Of a stretch of DNA of 64,000 nucleotides, positions 40,404 through 50,427 are shown piece by piece (within the stretch, counting starts at the first letter, position 1; each line of letters opens with the position of its first letter). Both the position numbers and the translations under genes were made by a program. The stretch comes from Myxococcota bacterium (GTDB taxonomy: Bacteria; Myxococcota; XYA12-FULL-58-9; JABJBS01), in the NCBI GenBank assembly GCA_036339465.1, contig JAYZAY010000059.1:30611-94610 (forward strand), given 5' to 3'. Below the pieces are notes generated by a model, which saw nothing but the letters and a program-made list of their open reading frames with translations, did no database searches and was not told the origin of the DNA.

Positions 40404-41016
40404 AAACAGGGCCAAGCTCCTAGGCATTCATAACCAGGACAGATTCAAAGGAATGCATCCTGAGGAGCGGAAGGTAGATGGAGTCAAAAGCCAGATTTAT
40501 CGTCTTGATAACTGCTATTTTCTTTGGCGCTCTTTCGATGGGGCGAGAGTGAGGGGCGTTTGTGCTGGTCCCGTAGAAATAGGTGCGACAAGAAGTCTCT
40601 CCTGCCAACCAGACCCATGGGTCGGTTGCGTTTGTTAAGAAACCGTCGATGCTTTGATTTGCTTCATCTTCCTTGGTTGCGGGGGAACCCGGGCTTGAAG
40701 AATTTCTGGGTGTTTGTCAGAAAATAGCGGAGCCACCCGGACCGCCTGCCAAAGTTAAGGGATACGGGAAATATGAGAATATTGCCGGGTGGGCTGTTTT
40801 CGGGATCGAAATCTCCACGGTTGAGAGGAGATGTCGATTGCACAATACCCACAATGTGAATGGTTTCTCCATGGGCGGCGATTCAGAACATGATGATGTA
40901 CGGCGCGTGTTGAATAATGACAAATATTGAGTTAATAGTGTAGCAGAGAGCGGCGCGCATGAGAAAGCGATGCCTTCATTTGATGGCTGTATTTTGATCG
41001 GAAGGATGAGATTACC

Positions 41017-41307
41017 ATGGCAACAATGATTACCGAAGAGTGTATTAATTGTGGGGCATGTGAGCCTGAATGTCCCAACGAGGCGATTCGAGAAGGCGAC
41101 GAAGTTTATGTCATTGATCCCATGAAATGCACAGAGTGCGTAGGGCATTTTGAGGAAGAACAATGCGCTGCGGTTTGTCCTGTGGATTGTTGTGTGACAG
41201 ATCCGAATAATGAAGAAGCTGAAGCGCCTCTTTTGGGAAGAGCGAAGGCCCTTCACCCTGATCGGGAGTTTGCGGAAGATTTTCCATCTCGCTTTAAGGC
41301 TTCTTAG
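41017..41307 (+). CDS. 4Fe-4S ferredoxin (YfhL-like, two Cys clusters)
   Basis: CINCGACEPECP and CTECVGHFEEEQCAAVCPVDCC motifs. 96 aa. Confidence 0.85.
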   Translation: MATMITEECINCGACEPECPNEAIREGDEVYVIDPMKCTECVGHFEEEQCAAVCPVDCCVTDPNNEEAEAPLLGRAKALHPDREFAEDFPSRFKAS

Positions 41308-41346
41308 GGAGTTTGCGGAAGATTTCTTGATGGTCGTTAGGCTGTG

Positions 41347-41976
41347 CTAGAGAGGTCTGGCAAACTGCATCACGAGTTTTCCAGCCGGGAATGAATTAAT
41401 TTTGCCAAGAATGTCATCCTGAGACACATTTTTCGTGACGGGCCATTTAAACGTGATTCGTTTGGGGCCCCCTAGAAAATATCCGACCACCCCAACCAAT
41501 CCATTTTTTTCGACTGTTTCGACCAGGCCTACTTGGTGCATCTTTTGAGAAGCAGATACTTTTTCTGCAAAAAAGACGAGATCTGCGGGTTGGGGCGTGT
41601 TCCTATGAAAACTTCGTCTCACTTTGGTTGAACGGTAGAGGATTTCCATACCCTTCAGAGATTTTTGTTCGTATAGATTTTCGTCGAAGAGGTCGATGCC
41701 TGCTTGCCAGTATGCGGCGCGAACAAAGCCGATGGGATTAGCCTCAAAAATATAACCATTGGCTTTGGGGTTTTTTCCGTCCATGAATTCTTGGGCCGCG
41801 CCTAGGATATTTTTTCTCAATTGGGCGGGACTGTTTTTACCTAGGTGCTCCTTGAGCATAACCAGGGGGCCGTCAGCTCGGCTTAGAGCTCGTGTGCTGC
41901 TGGGGCCGGCACAGCTTATCGCCAAGAGGATAAGACTAAGAATATAGTAAGGGAATCGAGGGTTTAGCATGGGCAT
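41347..41976 (-). CDS. Lipoprotein with degenerate NlpC/P60-like domain (catalytic Cys absent)
   Basis: Lipobox LLAISCAG. NlpC/P60-like arrangement (IGFVRAAYWQAGIDL...PADLVFFAEK...HQVGLVE), but the Cys of the usual DCSGFV motif is replaced (NPIGFV). Confidence 0.45.
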   Translation of the reverse strand: MPMLNPRFPYYILSLILLAISCAGPSSTRALSRADGPLVMLKEHLGKNSPAQLRKNILGAAQEFMDGKNPKANGYIFEANPIGFVRAAYWQAGIDLFDENLYEQKSLKGMEILYRSTKVRRSFHRNTPQPADLVFFAEKVSASQKMHQVGLVETVEKNGLVGVVGYFLGGPKRITFKWPVTKNVSQDDILGKINSFPAGKLVMQFARPL

Positions 41977-41989
41977 TTTCTATCTTGTT

Positions 41990-42637
41990 TTATGGTTTAG
42001 GCAAATCTTTGGCCGTGCGGAGGTTTTCGGGGCATATTTCCACGGGTTGATACTGACCTTCGAGACTGTTCTTCTCTGTGGTTATGGGCGTGGGGTGATG
42101 CATGGCGACTGTGGGATTTAGAATGTGAAGAGATGTTCGAGATTGCATTTTGGCCACCACCTTAGGGGTATAAAAGTAACTGCAGTTGGGCAGTACTTTG
42201 GGTTGGCCCCTATCCGGGGGTAGGGGATAGCGTCGGCAGAGTAGTGGACGGCGCCAGTAGATGCTGCAAGAGCCATCATTTCGCAGGTGGCCACACTTAA
42301 AAACAATTTCGCGATTGGGTCCCCGATAGTTGACAGAAAAATTGTGCGCCAATTTATGGAAGCCGACGTAGATGCGTAATCCCAGGCCTTGGGTGAGTAT
42401 TTTTGGGGGAGTGCTTACGATGTGTTCGCAACAATCTCCACAACGTTGGCACAGACCTTCTTGGATAAAGTCTCCCCCTGTCGGATGATAGAGTATTTTT
42501 TCGGTGGTTACTTGGAAGTGGGCCAAGAGGGTTTGTACCACTGCCCAAGCCAATCTCATTGTGGGGAAGCGAAAGAGTATCTCCAGGCAGAAGGCTAGGC
42601 TCAGAGCTTGGAAAAGGCTGATGTGGGTCATGTCCAT
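41990..42637 (-). CDS. YkgJ/UPF0153 family Cys-rich (putative Fe-S/Zn) protein
   Basis: CxxCxxCC motif (CQRCGDCC) plus downstream CGHLRNDGSCSIY, typical of YkgJ-family proteins. Has an N-terminal hydrophobic segment. Confidence 0.5.
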   Translation of the reverse strand: MDMTHISLFQALSLAFCLEILFRFPTMRLAWAVVQTLLAHFQVTTEKILYHPTGGDFIQEGLCQRCGDCCEHIVSTPPKILTQGLGLRIYVGFHKLAHNFSVNYRGPNREIVFKCGHLRNDGSCSIYWRRPLLCRRYPLPPDRGQPKVLPNCSYFYTPKVVAKMQSRTSLHILNPTVAMHHPTPITTEKNSLEGQYQPVEICPENLRTAKDLPKP

Positions 42638-42644
42638 TGGTGGT

Positions 42645-43421
42645 TTATCTCGATTGCGGTGCTTTGCGTAGTAGAACCAGTAGCGCGCCTGTGCCGCCTA
42701 ATTGAGTGGGGGCACTGGTGAAGGCCAATGATTGAGCACCTAATTTTTCTTTACTTAGCCACTCTGGGACGTGGTCACGAAGTCTTCCATGGGAAAATTC
42801 TGAGTGTTGTCCTTTGCCGGTGATAATCAGAACGCAGCGCTCGCCGTCGCGTCTGGCGTCGAAGAGAAACCGTTGAAGCAGGCGAAATGCTTCGCTTAGG
42901 GTGAAGCCATGGAGGTCAAGTTTCCGGTTGACGGGCCACCGGCCCTTTTCCAGGTCGTCTAAGAGTTGTTGATTCACGCCATTTGCTCTCCCCGAAATTT
43001 TGTCGTCTTCAGATTCAATTTCCCATGTTCTCTCTTTTTCAACCAAAGCTTGCAGTTGAGCGACCACCATCGCGTTTTCATTTTCGACATACTGACCCGC
43101 TTTGGATTTATTTATTTTTTCCAGGCGGCCTTCGATGGGGCTCGTGCCTATGATCGCAGATAAAAAGAGAGAGGTTTCATTGGGGGCCACTGGGAGTTCT
43201 TCTGGTTGGTTTTTGGGAGTAGAAACCTGTTGACTTGATTTTGTCGCAGATTTTGTCGCAGATGTTATCGTTTTCTTTGGGCCTTCTACTTTAGCGTCTC
43301 TAGAGGTATTCTCTTTTTGAGATGGCAATTTGAGGTTTGCAAAGGGCCGATTGAATGGGGCCAACCCCGTTTTGTCTGAGGGTGGAGATGAGGATGATGA
43401 ACGCTTTTTCTTCTTTGCCAT
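42645..43421 (-). CDS. Smr-domain protein with basic, Ser/Thr/Lys-rich disordered N-terminal region
   Basis: C-terminal Smr domain (LDLHGFTLSEAFRLLQRFL...CVLIITGKGQHSE...LRDHVPEWL). N-terminus MAKKKKRSSSSSPP... with ATKSATKS repeats. Confidence 0.7.
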   Translation of the reverse strand: MAKKKKRSSSSSPPSDKTGLAPFNRPFANLKLPSQKENTSRDAKVEGPKKTITSATKSATKSSQQVSTPKNQPEELPVAPNETSLFLSAIIGTSPIEGRLEKINKSKAGQYVENENAMVVAQLQALVEKERTWEIESEDDKISGRANGVNQQLLDDLEKGRWPVNRKLDLHGFTLSEAFRLLQRFLFDARRDGERCVLIITGKGQHSEFSHGRLRDHVPEWLSKEKLGAQSLAFTSAPTQLGGTGALLVLLRKAPQSR

Positions 43422-43454
43422 GCTCTTGTTGCTCTCATTTGATCCGACGACCCG

Positions 43455-46232
43455 TTAGTGGGCCTCTGCCCAATTGATACCTGTGCCGATAGCGACATCC
43501 AATGGTACATGAAGTTGTACCACTTGGCTCATTTCTCTCTCAACCAGTTGTGATACCACTTCCAATTCTTCGTTGGGAACCTCAAAGACCAGTTCATCGT
43601 GGACTTGAAGCAGTATACGGGTTTTGAGGGATTTTAGCCTAAGCCCCTCGTCGACGCGGAGCATGGCCATTTTTATGATATCGGCGGCACTTCCTTGAAT
43701 GGGGGTATTCATGGCGATCCGCTCTGCGGCACGTCGTACGTTTTGATTATTACTGTTGATATCGGGTAAGGCCCGTTGGCGACCTTGGAGTGTGGTGACG
43801 TAACCAGTTTCTCGTGCGTCTTCGATGCAGTTGTTTAGGAAGTCCTGAATCTTTGGGTATCGAGAGAAATAGAGCTTGATGAAGTCCCTGGCTGTTTCGC
43901 GCCCTATTCCTAGCTGTTTTGCCAGTCCGAATTCACTCAAACCATAGAGGATCCCAAAGTTGATAGCCTTGGCCTGACGACGGTCGTCACTGGTGGGGCT
44001 TTCTCCATTGGTGAGGATTTCCATGGCGGTTCGTGTATGAATATCCTCACCGCGTTTGTAGGCATCGATGAAATTGGGATCTTCGCAAAGATGGGCCATG
44101 ACACGAAGTTCGATTTGGGAATAGTCGGCGGCCAATATTTGATACCCCGGTGCGGCGATGAACGTTTTTCGAATCCTTTTTCCGTCTTCGGTTCGAATCG
44201 GGATATTTTGCAAGTTGGGATCTGTGCTCGAAAGTCTACCGGTGGCGGTGCCGGTCTGATTGAAATTGGTGTGGATACGCTTGGTTTTGGGGTGAATCAT
44301 CTGGGCAAGGGAGTCTACATATGTGGACTTCAACTTACTGAGCATACGATGTTCTAGGATCACTTTTGGAAGTTCGTAGTCTTTTGAAAGCGTTTCGAGG
44401 ACTTCTTGATCTGTGGAATAACCGGTCTTTGTCTTTTTGATAACGGGGTAATTCAATTTTTCGAAGAAGAGATGTGAGAGTTGTTTGGGAGAGGCTAGGT
44501 TAATGGTGTCGCCTATTAAATCGTATGCGCGATCTTGGATTTCGCGAAGCCGTTGCCCAAACTCTGTGGTGAGGCTTTGGAGTTGCTTAGTATCGACCAG
44601 GATACCGGCCTGCTCCATTTTGGCAAGTACACCCATAAGGGGAAGTTCAAGCTCACGATAAAGGGCTTCCTGACCTTTCGATTTTAACTCTGAATTCAAA
44701 GTTCTTGCGAGTTTTCTACTAACTTCAGAGTCCTCTGCGGCATATTCGCCAGCTTGCTCTACTGCGACATCCGCGAACGCAATTTTGTTTTTCCCCGTAC
44801 CGGTGAGTTCTTTATAGGTGATGGTTTGATGGCCTAAGTATTCCCTGGCCAAATTATCCATCGAATAGGAAGCTTTTGTGGTTTCTAGGGCGTACGCAGC
44901 CAGCATGCTGTCGTCGTGAATGCCGTTAACTTCAATATTATAGCGGGCCAGAACATTGAGGTCGTATTTTAGATTTTGTCCTATTTTGCCTATGGAAGCA
45001 TCTTTGAGGAGTGGTGATACCTTCTCGAGGACTCGGTCTAGAGGGATTTGTTTGGGGACGCCTAGGTACAAATGAGAGATGGGAATGTATGCGGGGATGA
45101 TACCATCGGCGGCAAATGACATGCCTACAATATCGGCTTGATGTGCATTGAGTGAGGTTGTTTCTAGGTCAAAGGCGAATTGGGTCGTCGTTCTTAATTC
45201 GTCAAGGAGTGTATTGAGGCTCTCCATATCGAGAATGAGTCGATAATTCTTTGTTTCGATGGCCTCTGGCGTAGGGCTTGGTGCGGGTGTGGGGTTTGTG
45301 GAAATGGCTGAGCCAGCCGTTGCTGTTTCGGAAGTGTTCGCTTCTGTCGTGATACTTTCTGTCGTGATACTTGTACTGGTGAGATCTCGGAGGAGTCGGG
45401 GTGCTTCAATTTTTGTGAGGAAGCCTTCAAGTTTTGGGGTATCTATGGGGCGCCGTTTAAGCTCGTTGGCAGAAAATTCCACAGGAGTGTCCAAATTGAG
45501 GACCGTGAGTCGTTTGGATAGAAGTGCGAGGTGGGTATTTTCGAGGATCGATTTTTCGGCGGCTTTGAGCTTTGTGCGGTTGGGTAATTTCGCCAAAAGT
45601 GTATCAAAGTCTCCGAATTCGGTGAGGAGTTTCGCTGCGGTCTTGGGGCCTATTTTTGGTACGCCGGGAATATTGTCACTGGTGTCGCCGGCGAGAGCGA
45701 GTACGTCGGCTACGAGATGGGGTGGGACACCAAATTTTTCCTGGACTTGCTCTGGCCCATATTCTTCTTCCTTCATGGGATCGTAGAGTGTGATGTTGTC
45801 GGTTACCAATTGCATCAGGTCCTTATCCCCACTGACCACGACAACTTTAAAGCCTGCTTGGCTAGCTCCGGTGGCGAGGGTCGCTATGACATCGTCGGCT
45901 TCGAAGCCGGGTCGGGCAATATTGGGCATGTTCATGGCATCGACAAATTCATGAATTAATGGAAATTGGGGGATGAGATCTTCAGGGGGGCTGTCTCGAT
46001 TGGCTTTATATTGGTCGTAGATGTCGTGCCTAAAGGTTTTTTCTTTGGCATCGAAAATCATCGCCAAATAACTAGGCTTTCTTTCCTTGAGCAATCGGCC
46101 CACCATTCTAGCAAAGCCTATCACGGCATTTTTGGGGATGCCGTCGCGGGTGGAGAGTGGGCGAATCCCGTAATATGCTCTGAAAATATAGGCGCTTCCA
46201 TCGATTAGGTAGATGGTTTTATCTTCCGTCAT
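43455..46232 (-). CDS. polA: DNA polymerase I
   Basis: 5'-nuclease N-domain (IYLIDGSAYIFRAYYG), 3'-5' exo region, polymerase motifs A (ILAADYSQIELRVMAHL), B (RRQAKAINFGILYGLS) and C (LQVHDELVFEV). 925 aa. Confidence 0.95.
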   Translation of the reverse strand: MTEDKTIYLIDGSAYIFRAYYGIRPLSTRDGIPKNAVIGFARMVGRLLKERKPSYLAMIFDAKEKTFRHDIYDQYKANRDSPPEDLIPQFPLIHEFVDAMNMPNIARPGFEADDVIATLATGASQAGFKVVVVSGDKDLMQLVTDNITLYDPMKEEEYGPEQVQEKFGVPPHLVADVLALAGDTSDNIPGVPKIGPKTAAKLLTEFGDFDTLLAKLPNRTKLKAAEKSILENTHLALLSKRLTVLNLDTPVEFSANELKRRPIDTPKLEGFLTKIEAPRLLRDLTSTSITTESITTEANTSETATAGSAISTNPTPAPSPTPEAIETKNYRLILDMESLNTLLDELRTTTQFAFDLETTSLNAHQADIVGMSFAADGIIPAYIPISHLYLGVPKQIPLDRVLEKVSPLLKDASIGKIGQNLKYDLNVLARYNIEVNGIHDDSMLAAYALETTKASYSMDNLAREYLGHQTITYKELTGTGKNKIAFADVAVEQAGEYAAEDSEVSRKLARTLNSELKSKGQEALYRELELPLMGVLAKMEQAGILVDTKQLQSLTTEFGQRLREIQDRAYDLIGDTINLASPKQLSHLFFEKLNYPVIKKTKTGYSTDQEVLETLSKDYELPKVILEHRMLSKLKSTYVDSLAQMIHPKTKRIHTNFNQTGTATGRLSSTDPNLQNIPIRTEDGKRIRKTFIAAPGYQILAADYSQIELRVMAHLCEDPNFIDAYKRGEDIHTRTAMEILTNGESPTSDDRRQAKAINFGILYGLSEFGLAKQLGIGRETARDFIKLYFSRYPKIQDFLNNCIEDARETGYVTTLQGRQRALPDINSNNQNVRRAAERIAMNTPIQGSAADIIKMAMLRVDEGLRLKSLKTRILLQVHDELVFEVPNEELEVVSQLVEREMSQVVQLHVPLDVAIGTGINWAEAH

Positions 46233-46279
46233 GTTCTACACTTACCCTTAGCTGAAGTTATGTTGAACCCACTTGGGAT

Positions 46280-47269
46280 TTGGTGCATCTCATGTCGAAC
46301 ACTATTGGGAAAAAATCAAGGGTTGAGGCCACTCCTAATCACTATCGTACAGCCCTCGGGCAGGCGATTGAAGCGGTTAAGAAAGCTGTTTGGGGGAAGG
46401 ATACTTCGATTCATCAGGCATTTGCGACCATTTTAGCGGGTGGCCACCTTCTAATCGAGGATGTTCCAGGGGTTGGAAAGACCACACTGGCTACGGCGCT
46501 GGCCAAGGTGATTGGGGCCGGATTTGGGCGGATCCAGCTAACTTCGGATTTATTACCTTCGGATATTACGGGGATGGTAAGACCGGATTGCACCGGGCAG
46601 CTGAGTTTTGTGCCCGGCCCGATTATGAATCAGGTTGTTTTATTGGATGAGCTCAACCGCGCGTCCCCCAAGACTCAATCTGCGCTCCTCGAAGTCATGG
46701 CGGAGGGAGTGGTGACCGTTGATGGTTTTCGCCATAAAGTGCCTCAGCCATTTGTGGTGATTGCGACCCAAAATCCCTTGGAGCATCACGGAGTTTATCC
46801 GTTGCCGGAGAGCCAGCTCGACCGATTTATGCTTTCGCTGGAGCTGGGTTATCCATCGGTTGATGTTGAAGCGCGCTTGCTGTCTGAGGGCTCTGCGATT
46901 GAAGGTTTTTTATCAGAAATGGCCTCGGTATTAACGCCGGGGATGATGGTCGCGATGCGCTGTGAGGTCGATAGGATTTTCATGGATAAGGATCTGGCGC
47001 AATACGTGGTTCAGATTATGGAGGTAACACGTAATGCGTCTGAGATCGCTTTAGGTTGTTCAACCAGAGCTGCGATGGCCTTGGCCGCCTTGGCCCGCTC
47101 CTCCGCTTGGATGGATGGCCGGGATTACGTCGCTCCCGATGATGTCTATGGTATGTTGATTCCCTCTTTGGCACATCGAATTCGCCTCAATGGTTTGGGG
47201 GCCCAAAGTCTTGAAGACAAACAAAATATTCTCTTCCGTTTGATTAAGACCGTCAGGATACCAAGATAA
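46280..47269 (+). CDS. MoxR-family AAA+ ATPase
   Basis: Walker A GVGKTTLA, Walker B VVLLDELNRASPKTQSALLEVM, typical MoxR C-terminal region. Confidence 0.9.
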   Translation: MVHLMSNTIGKKSRVEATPNHYRTALGQAIEAVKKAVWGKDTSIHQAFATILAGGHLLIEDVPGVGKTTLATALAKVIGAGFGRIQLTSDLLPSDITGMVRPDCTGQLSFVPGPIMNQVVLLDELNRASPKTQSALLEVMAEGVVTVDGFRHKVPQPFVVIATQNPLEHHGVYPLPESQLDRFMLSLELGYPSVDVEARLLSEGSAIEGFLSEMASVLTPGMMVAMRCEVDRIFMDKDLAQYVVQIMEVTRNASEIALGCSTRAAMALAALARSSAWMDGRDYVAPDDVYGMLIPSLAHRIRLNGLGAQSLEDKQNILFRLIKTVRIPR

Positions 47270-47275
47270 ATAGAT

Positions 47276-48355
47276 ATGAGTTTCCTAACAAGATTCTTGT
47301 CTGCTCCTGGTCGCCGCTTGATAGTGCGGAAAGAGGGGAAAACAGCTATGGGGATCTCCCTCTTTGTCGGTCTGGCTGCTGTGAATTCAGGAAACAATCT
47401 CCTCTATCTCGTTTGGGGAATATCCTTGGGGTTAATCTTGGTCTCCGGTGTTATGAGTGAAATGACACTGCGGAAAATTATCATGGAAATAGATAATGCT
47501 CCCATCGCTAGGGTGGGGCGTGAAGTTTCTTTACGGTTTAGTCTTTTTAACCCCTCGAAATATTGGACTTGTTTTTCGGTTGGGGTGGAGATCCTTCTGC
47601 GTGAAAAAAACCAGGAGGAGCACCGGATCGCAACTTGGGAATCAAGTATCAGTCCAGAAGCGAAAATGACTTGTTATTTGGATACTTCGTTCAACGAGCG
47701 AGGGTGTTTTACGTTGGAAAGGGTTGCGTTTTCGACGGCTTTCCCTTTTGGCTTCTTTATCAAGGAACGGTTTTTTGGTTTCTCAACTGGTTATGAGGTC
47801 TTGGTGGCCCCGCAGTCTTATCGATATTGCGGAGAGAGGCGGTCTTTATCTGGATTAGAGGAGGTTTCAGATATCCCCCAACGAGGGATAGGGGCCGATT
47901 TTTGGGGGCTTAGGTTGTATCGAGATGGCGATGACATTCGTTGGGTCCACTGGAAAAAAACGATGCAATTGGGGCGCTTTGTGATTCGTGAATTTGCGCG
48001 TGATGTTGGTGGTGCGGTTTGGCTGAGTTGGGACCCCTTGGATACCCACGCCTCGAATTTTAAAATGGAAAAGGTTGTCGCTTTGGTTTGTGGCTTCACT
48101 GAATACTTGTATCTAAATGATATTTTGTCGGGTTTTTCTCTTCCTGGCATATCTTGTCGTTTTGAGTCACATGGGAAAGATGTTTATCAGCTACTTCGCG
48201 TTTTCGCTCAATTGGACCCCTCTGCCCCGACGAGGAGAGAGTCATTTTCCAGCAATATTTCGATTTTGCATATTGGCACTGAGATTAAGGACAATACCAC
48301 CGGGCATTTCATCGATATAGGCCTGCTCGACGAAATGATGGAACCAAATATATGA
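47276..48355 (+). CDS. DUF58-domain protein (MoxR-associated, vWA-like)
   Basis: Two N-terminal TM helices. DUF58 motif (YRDGDDIRWVHWKKTMQLGRFVIREF). It sits between the MoxR and transglutaminase genes. Confidence 0.75.
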   Translation: MSFLTRFLSAPGRRLIVRKEGKTAMGISLFVGLAAVNSGNNLLYLVWGISLGLILVSGVMSEMTLRKIIMEIDNAPIARVGREVSLRFSLFNPSKYWTCFSVGVEILLREKNQEEHRIATWESSISPEAKMTCYLDTSFNERGCFTLERVAFSTAFPFGFFIKERFFGFSTGYEVLVAPQSYRYCGERRSLSGLEEVSDIPQRGIGADFWGLRLYRDGDDIRWVHWKKTMQLGRFVIREFARDVGGAVWLSWDPLDTHASNFKMEKVVALVCGFTEYLYLNDILSGFSLPGISCRFESHGKDVYQLLRVFAQLDPSAPTRRESFSSNISILHIGTEIKDNTTGHFIDIGLLDEMMEPNI

Positions 48356-50427
48356 GCACGAACTTATGGCTCTATGGTTCTCTTTACCTGAATGCTTTTC
48401 TCGGGATTTGTGCGGTTGTTTTGTCTGCTGGTGTTCCGGACGCCTACGAACTTTTGATGATCGGTCCGTTGATGGGATTTTGGATGCGGAGAAAAGGGGT
48501 TCACGCACATTCATGGATTGGTGTGGTTTTAGGCGTTGTGGGTTTTTTCGGGGGCAGTATGACACTTGTGCAATTCGGCGTTCAGGACATTGGTAGGGCT
48601 TTTGCTGAATCTGTCCTATGGCTTTTACTGGGACGAATGGTTACGGCAGATAGCGTGAGGCACGATTATCAGGTGCTTCTCTTAAGTTGCGGGCTAATCT
48701 TGCTTGGAGGGGTGCTTAATTTTGATTTAAGTTACGGTGTCTTTTTGGCCCTCTATACGGTGTTGCTCATTTGGACCCTGGTTGCCCTGCATTTTGAGAC
48801 GTCGAATTCAGGAATTGAAGGTTCTGGTGCCAATGGAGGCGCGTCTGCTGAGTATTCCGAAAATATGTCTTGGACCTTGGCTGGCTATTTAACGCTTATA
48901 TCGGTGGTGGTGTTTATGGTTGCGGGGAGTGTCTTTGTGGGTTTCCCTCGTTTTGGAAGTCCTGCATGGGGATTTCTACGGGGCAAGTCCGTCAATATGA
49001 AAGAGGATGTTTCTCTCAAGCAATCATTCCTAGATCCAAGTGAGGACAATTATGTGTTGGGCCGGGTCTACGGTTTGGATGAAATGATATTTTCTAAGGG
49101 ACTTTACTTGAGAGGGAGTATTTATGACCGGATATCACCCATTGGGTTTAGCAGGAGCCCCGCCTCGATTTTTCGCTCTTTTGGATCTGCTGGTCGGATG
49201 AAACGTAAGTTGGCAAGAGACGAGTACGAATATGAGGTGTACGCTCAGCCGACATTGTCGCGGGCGTTATTTGTGTTGGGGGAACCTTCAATGGTTCAAT
49301 TTCTAAAATACGGTGTTAAAGGGGGTGTGAGTCGTCTCGGGTGGAAAGAGGGTGTGTTTGGAGAGATTGAGAGTACCGAAGCTTTAATTGCGCCGGTCAA
49401 GTATGGTGTTAGAGGAGAGATTTTTGCCAATGGTGACGTACTTGGCTCATTAGGGGATCAGGTGTGTCTGTCGAATCCTTCTTGTCCTTTCTTAAACCAT
49501 CACCGTGTCATTTCGGAAGCGTCAAAGAATCTTGTTCAACCGATTATCGAAGAGCAAGATCTCGAAGCGCAGAGTCCCGAAGTGATAGTCAAAAAGGTGA
49601 TCGCGTTTTTGAATCGATATTTTGTGTATTCACTGGAATCAGAGAATCGAAAATCTTCGGAGCCGCGGAGGTCTTTCCTTTTTGAGAATCGGACTGGGCA
49701 TTGTGAGTATTTCGCTCTTTCTCTGGTCACCATTTTACGGGCCCTTGAAATACCGAGTCGTATCGTGGGTGGATATTATGGCGGCAGTTGGGATGGGGAA
49801 GACAACATTGTTGTTTTTATGGGCAGAGATGCTCATGTCTGGGTAGAATGGTTGGATGAAGAGGGGCATTGGCACTTGGCTGATCCAACGGTTGCGGGCG
49901 ACCAAGGCTTGATTACTTTGAGCGGAAGCGAGTATCTCATTGAAAAGATGAGGCGTTATTGGGACGAGTATATCCTTGATTTTGGGATTGGGAATCAGGT
50001 CTCTATGTTGGAGATGGGCAGTGATTGGTTAGGAGATTCTAAGACCTACTTGGACGGAGCGAAAGAAAAAATACCCGCTCTTCTTATGTGGAGTGTTGTT
50101 GTAGGATTGATGGCAATTGCTTTTTGGGTCGTGGTCAATAATGTTGGTTTGTCACAGGAAAAAAGATTACGACGTCATTTAGAATCCTTTATCGGACGCA
50201 GGTTGGGACGGCCATTGTTACCCCATGAGAGTTTTCTAAATTTGGCACAATCTGAAGAAATGCAACGAAACCTGGGCGCCACAGCCCAAAAACGACTCAT
50301 TGCTTTACTCAAGGATTTTGAGGAAATATCTTATGGCGATGATGTGGCCGATAAGGAAAGCCTTGTTGGGTGGCGCCGAAAATTTATGGATTGGTCGAGG
50401 CAGAATCGGGGCCGGCACTCCGTTTAA
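48352..50427 (+). CDS. Transglutaminase-like membrane protein (DUF3488 + TGc core, TgpA-like)
   Basis: Multiple N-terminal TM helices. Transglutaminase core Cys-His-Asp with NRTGHCEYFALSLVTILRALEIPSRIVGGYYGG and HVWVEWLDEEGHWHLADPT. Start overlaps DUF58 stop (ATGA). Confidence 0.85.
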   Translation: MSTNLWLYGSLYLNAFLGICAVVLSAGVPDAYELLMIGPLMGFWMRRKGVHAHSWIGVVLGVVGFFGGSMTLVQFGVQDIGRAFAESVLWLLLGRMVTADSVRHDYQVLLLSCGLILLGGVLNFDLSYGVFLALYTVLLIWTLVALHFETSNSGIEGSGANGGASAEYSENMSWTLAGYLTLISVVVFMVAGSVFVGFPRFGSPAWGFLRGKSVNMKEDVSLKQSFLDPSEDNYVLGRVYGLDEMIFSKGLYLRGSIYDRISPIGFSRSPASIFRSFGSAGRMKRKLARDEYEYEVYAQPTLSRALFVLGEPSMVQFLKYGVKGGVSRLGWKEGVFGEIESTEALIAPVKYGVRGEIFANGDVLGSLGDQVCLSNPSCPFLNHHRVISEASKNLVQPIIEEQDLEAQSPEVIVKKVIAFLNRYFVYSLESENRKSSEPRRSFLFENRTGHCEYFALSLVTILRALEIPSRIVGGYYGGSWDGEDNIVVFMGRDAHVWVEWLDEEGHWHLADPTVAGDQGLITLSGSEYLIEKMRRYWDEYILDFGIGNQVSMLEMGSDWLGDSKTYLDGAKEKIPALLMWSVVVGLMAIAFWVVVNNVGLSQEKRLRRHLESFIGRRLGRPLLPHESFLNLAQSEEMQRNLGATAQKRLIALLKDFEEISYGDDVADKESLVGWRRKFMDWSRQNRGRHSV

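Noticed and set aside
40717-41256. 179-aa minus-strand ORF
   Set aside because: It overlaps the well-supported ferredoxin gene on the opposite strand and has no recognisable motifs. It is likely a spurious frame.
45259-45786. 175-aa + strand ORF, Ser/Val/Gly-rich
   Set aside because: It lies wholly inside polA on the antisense strand.
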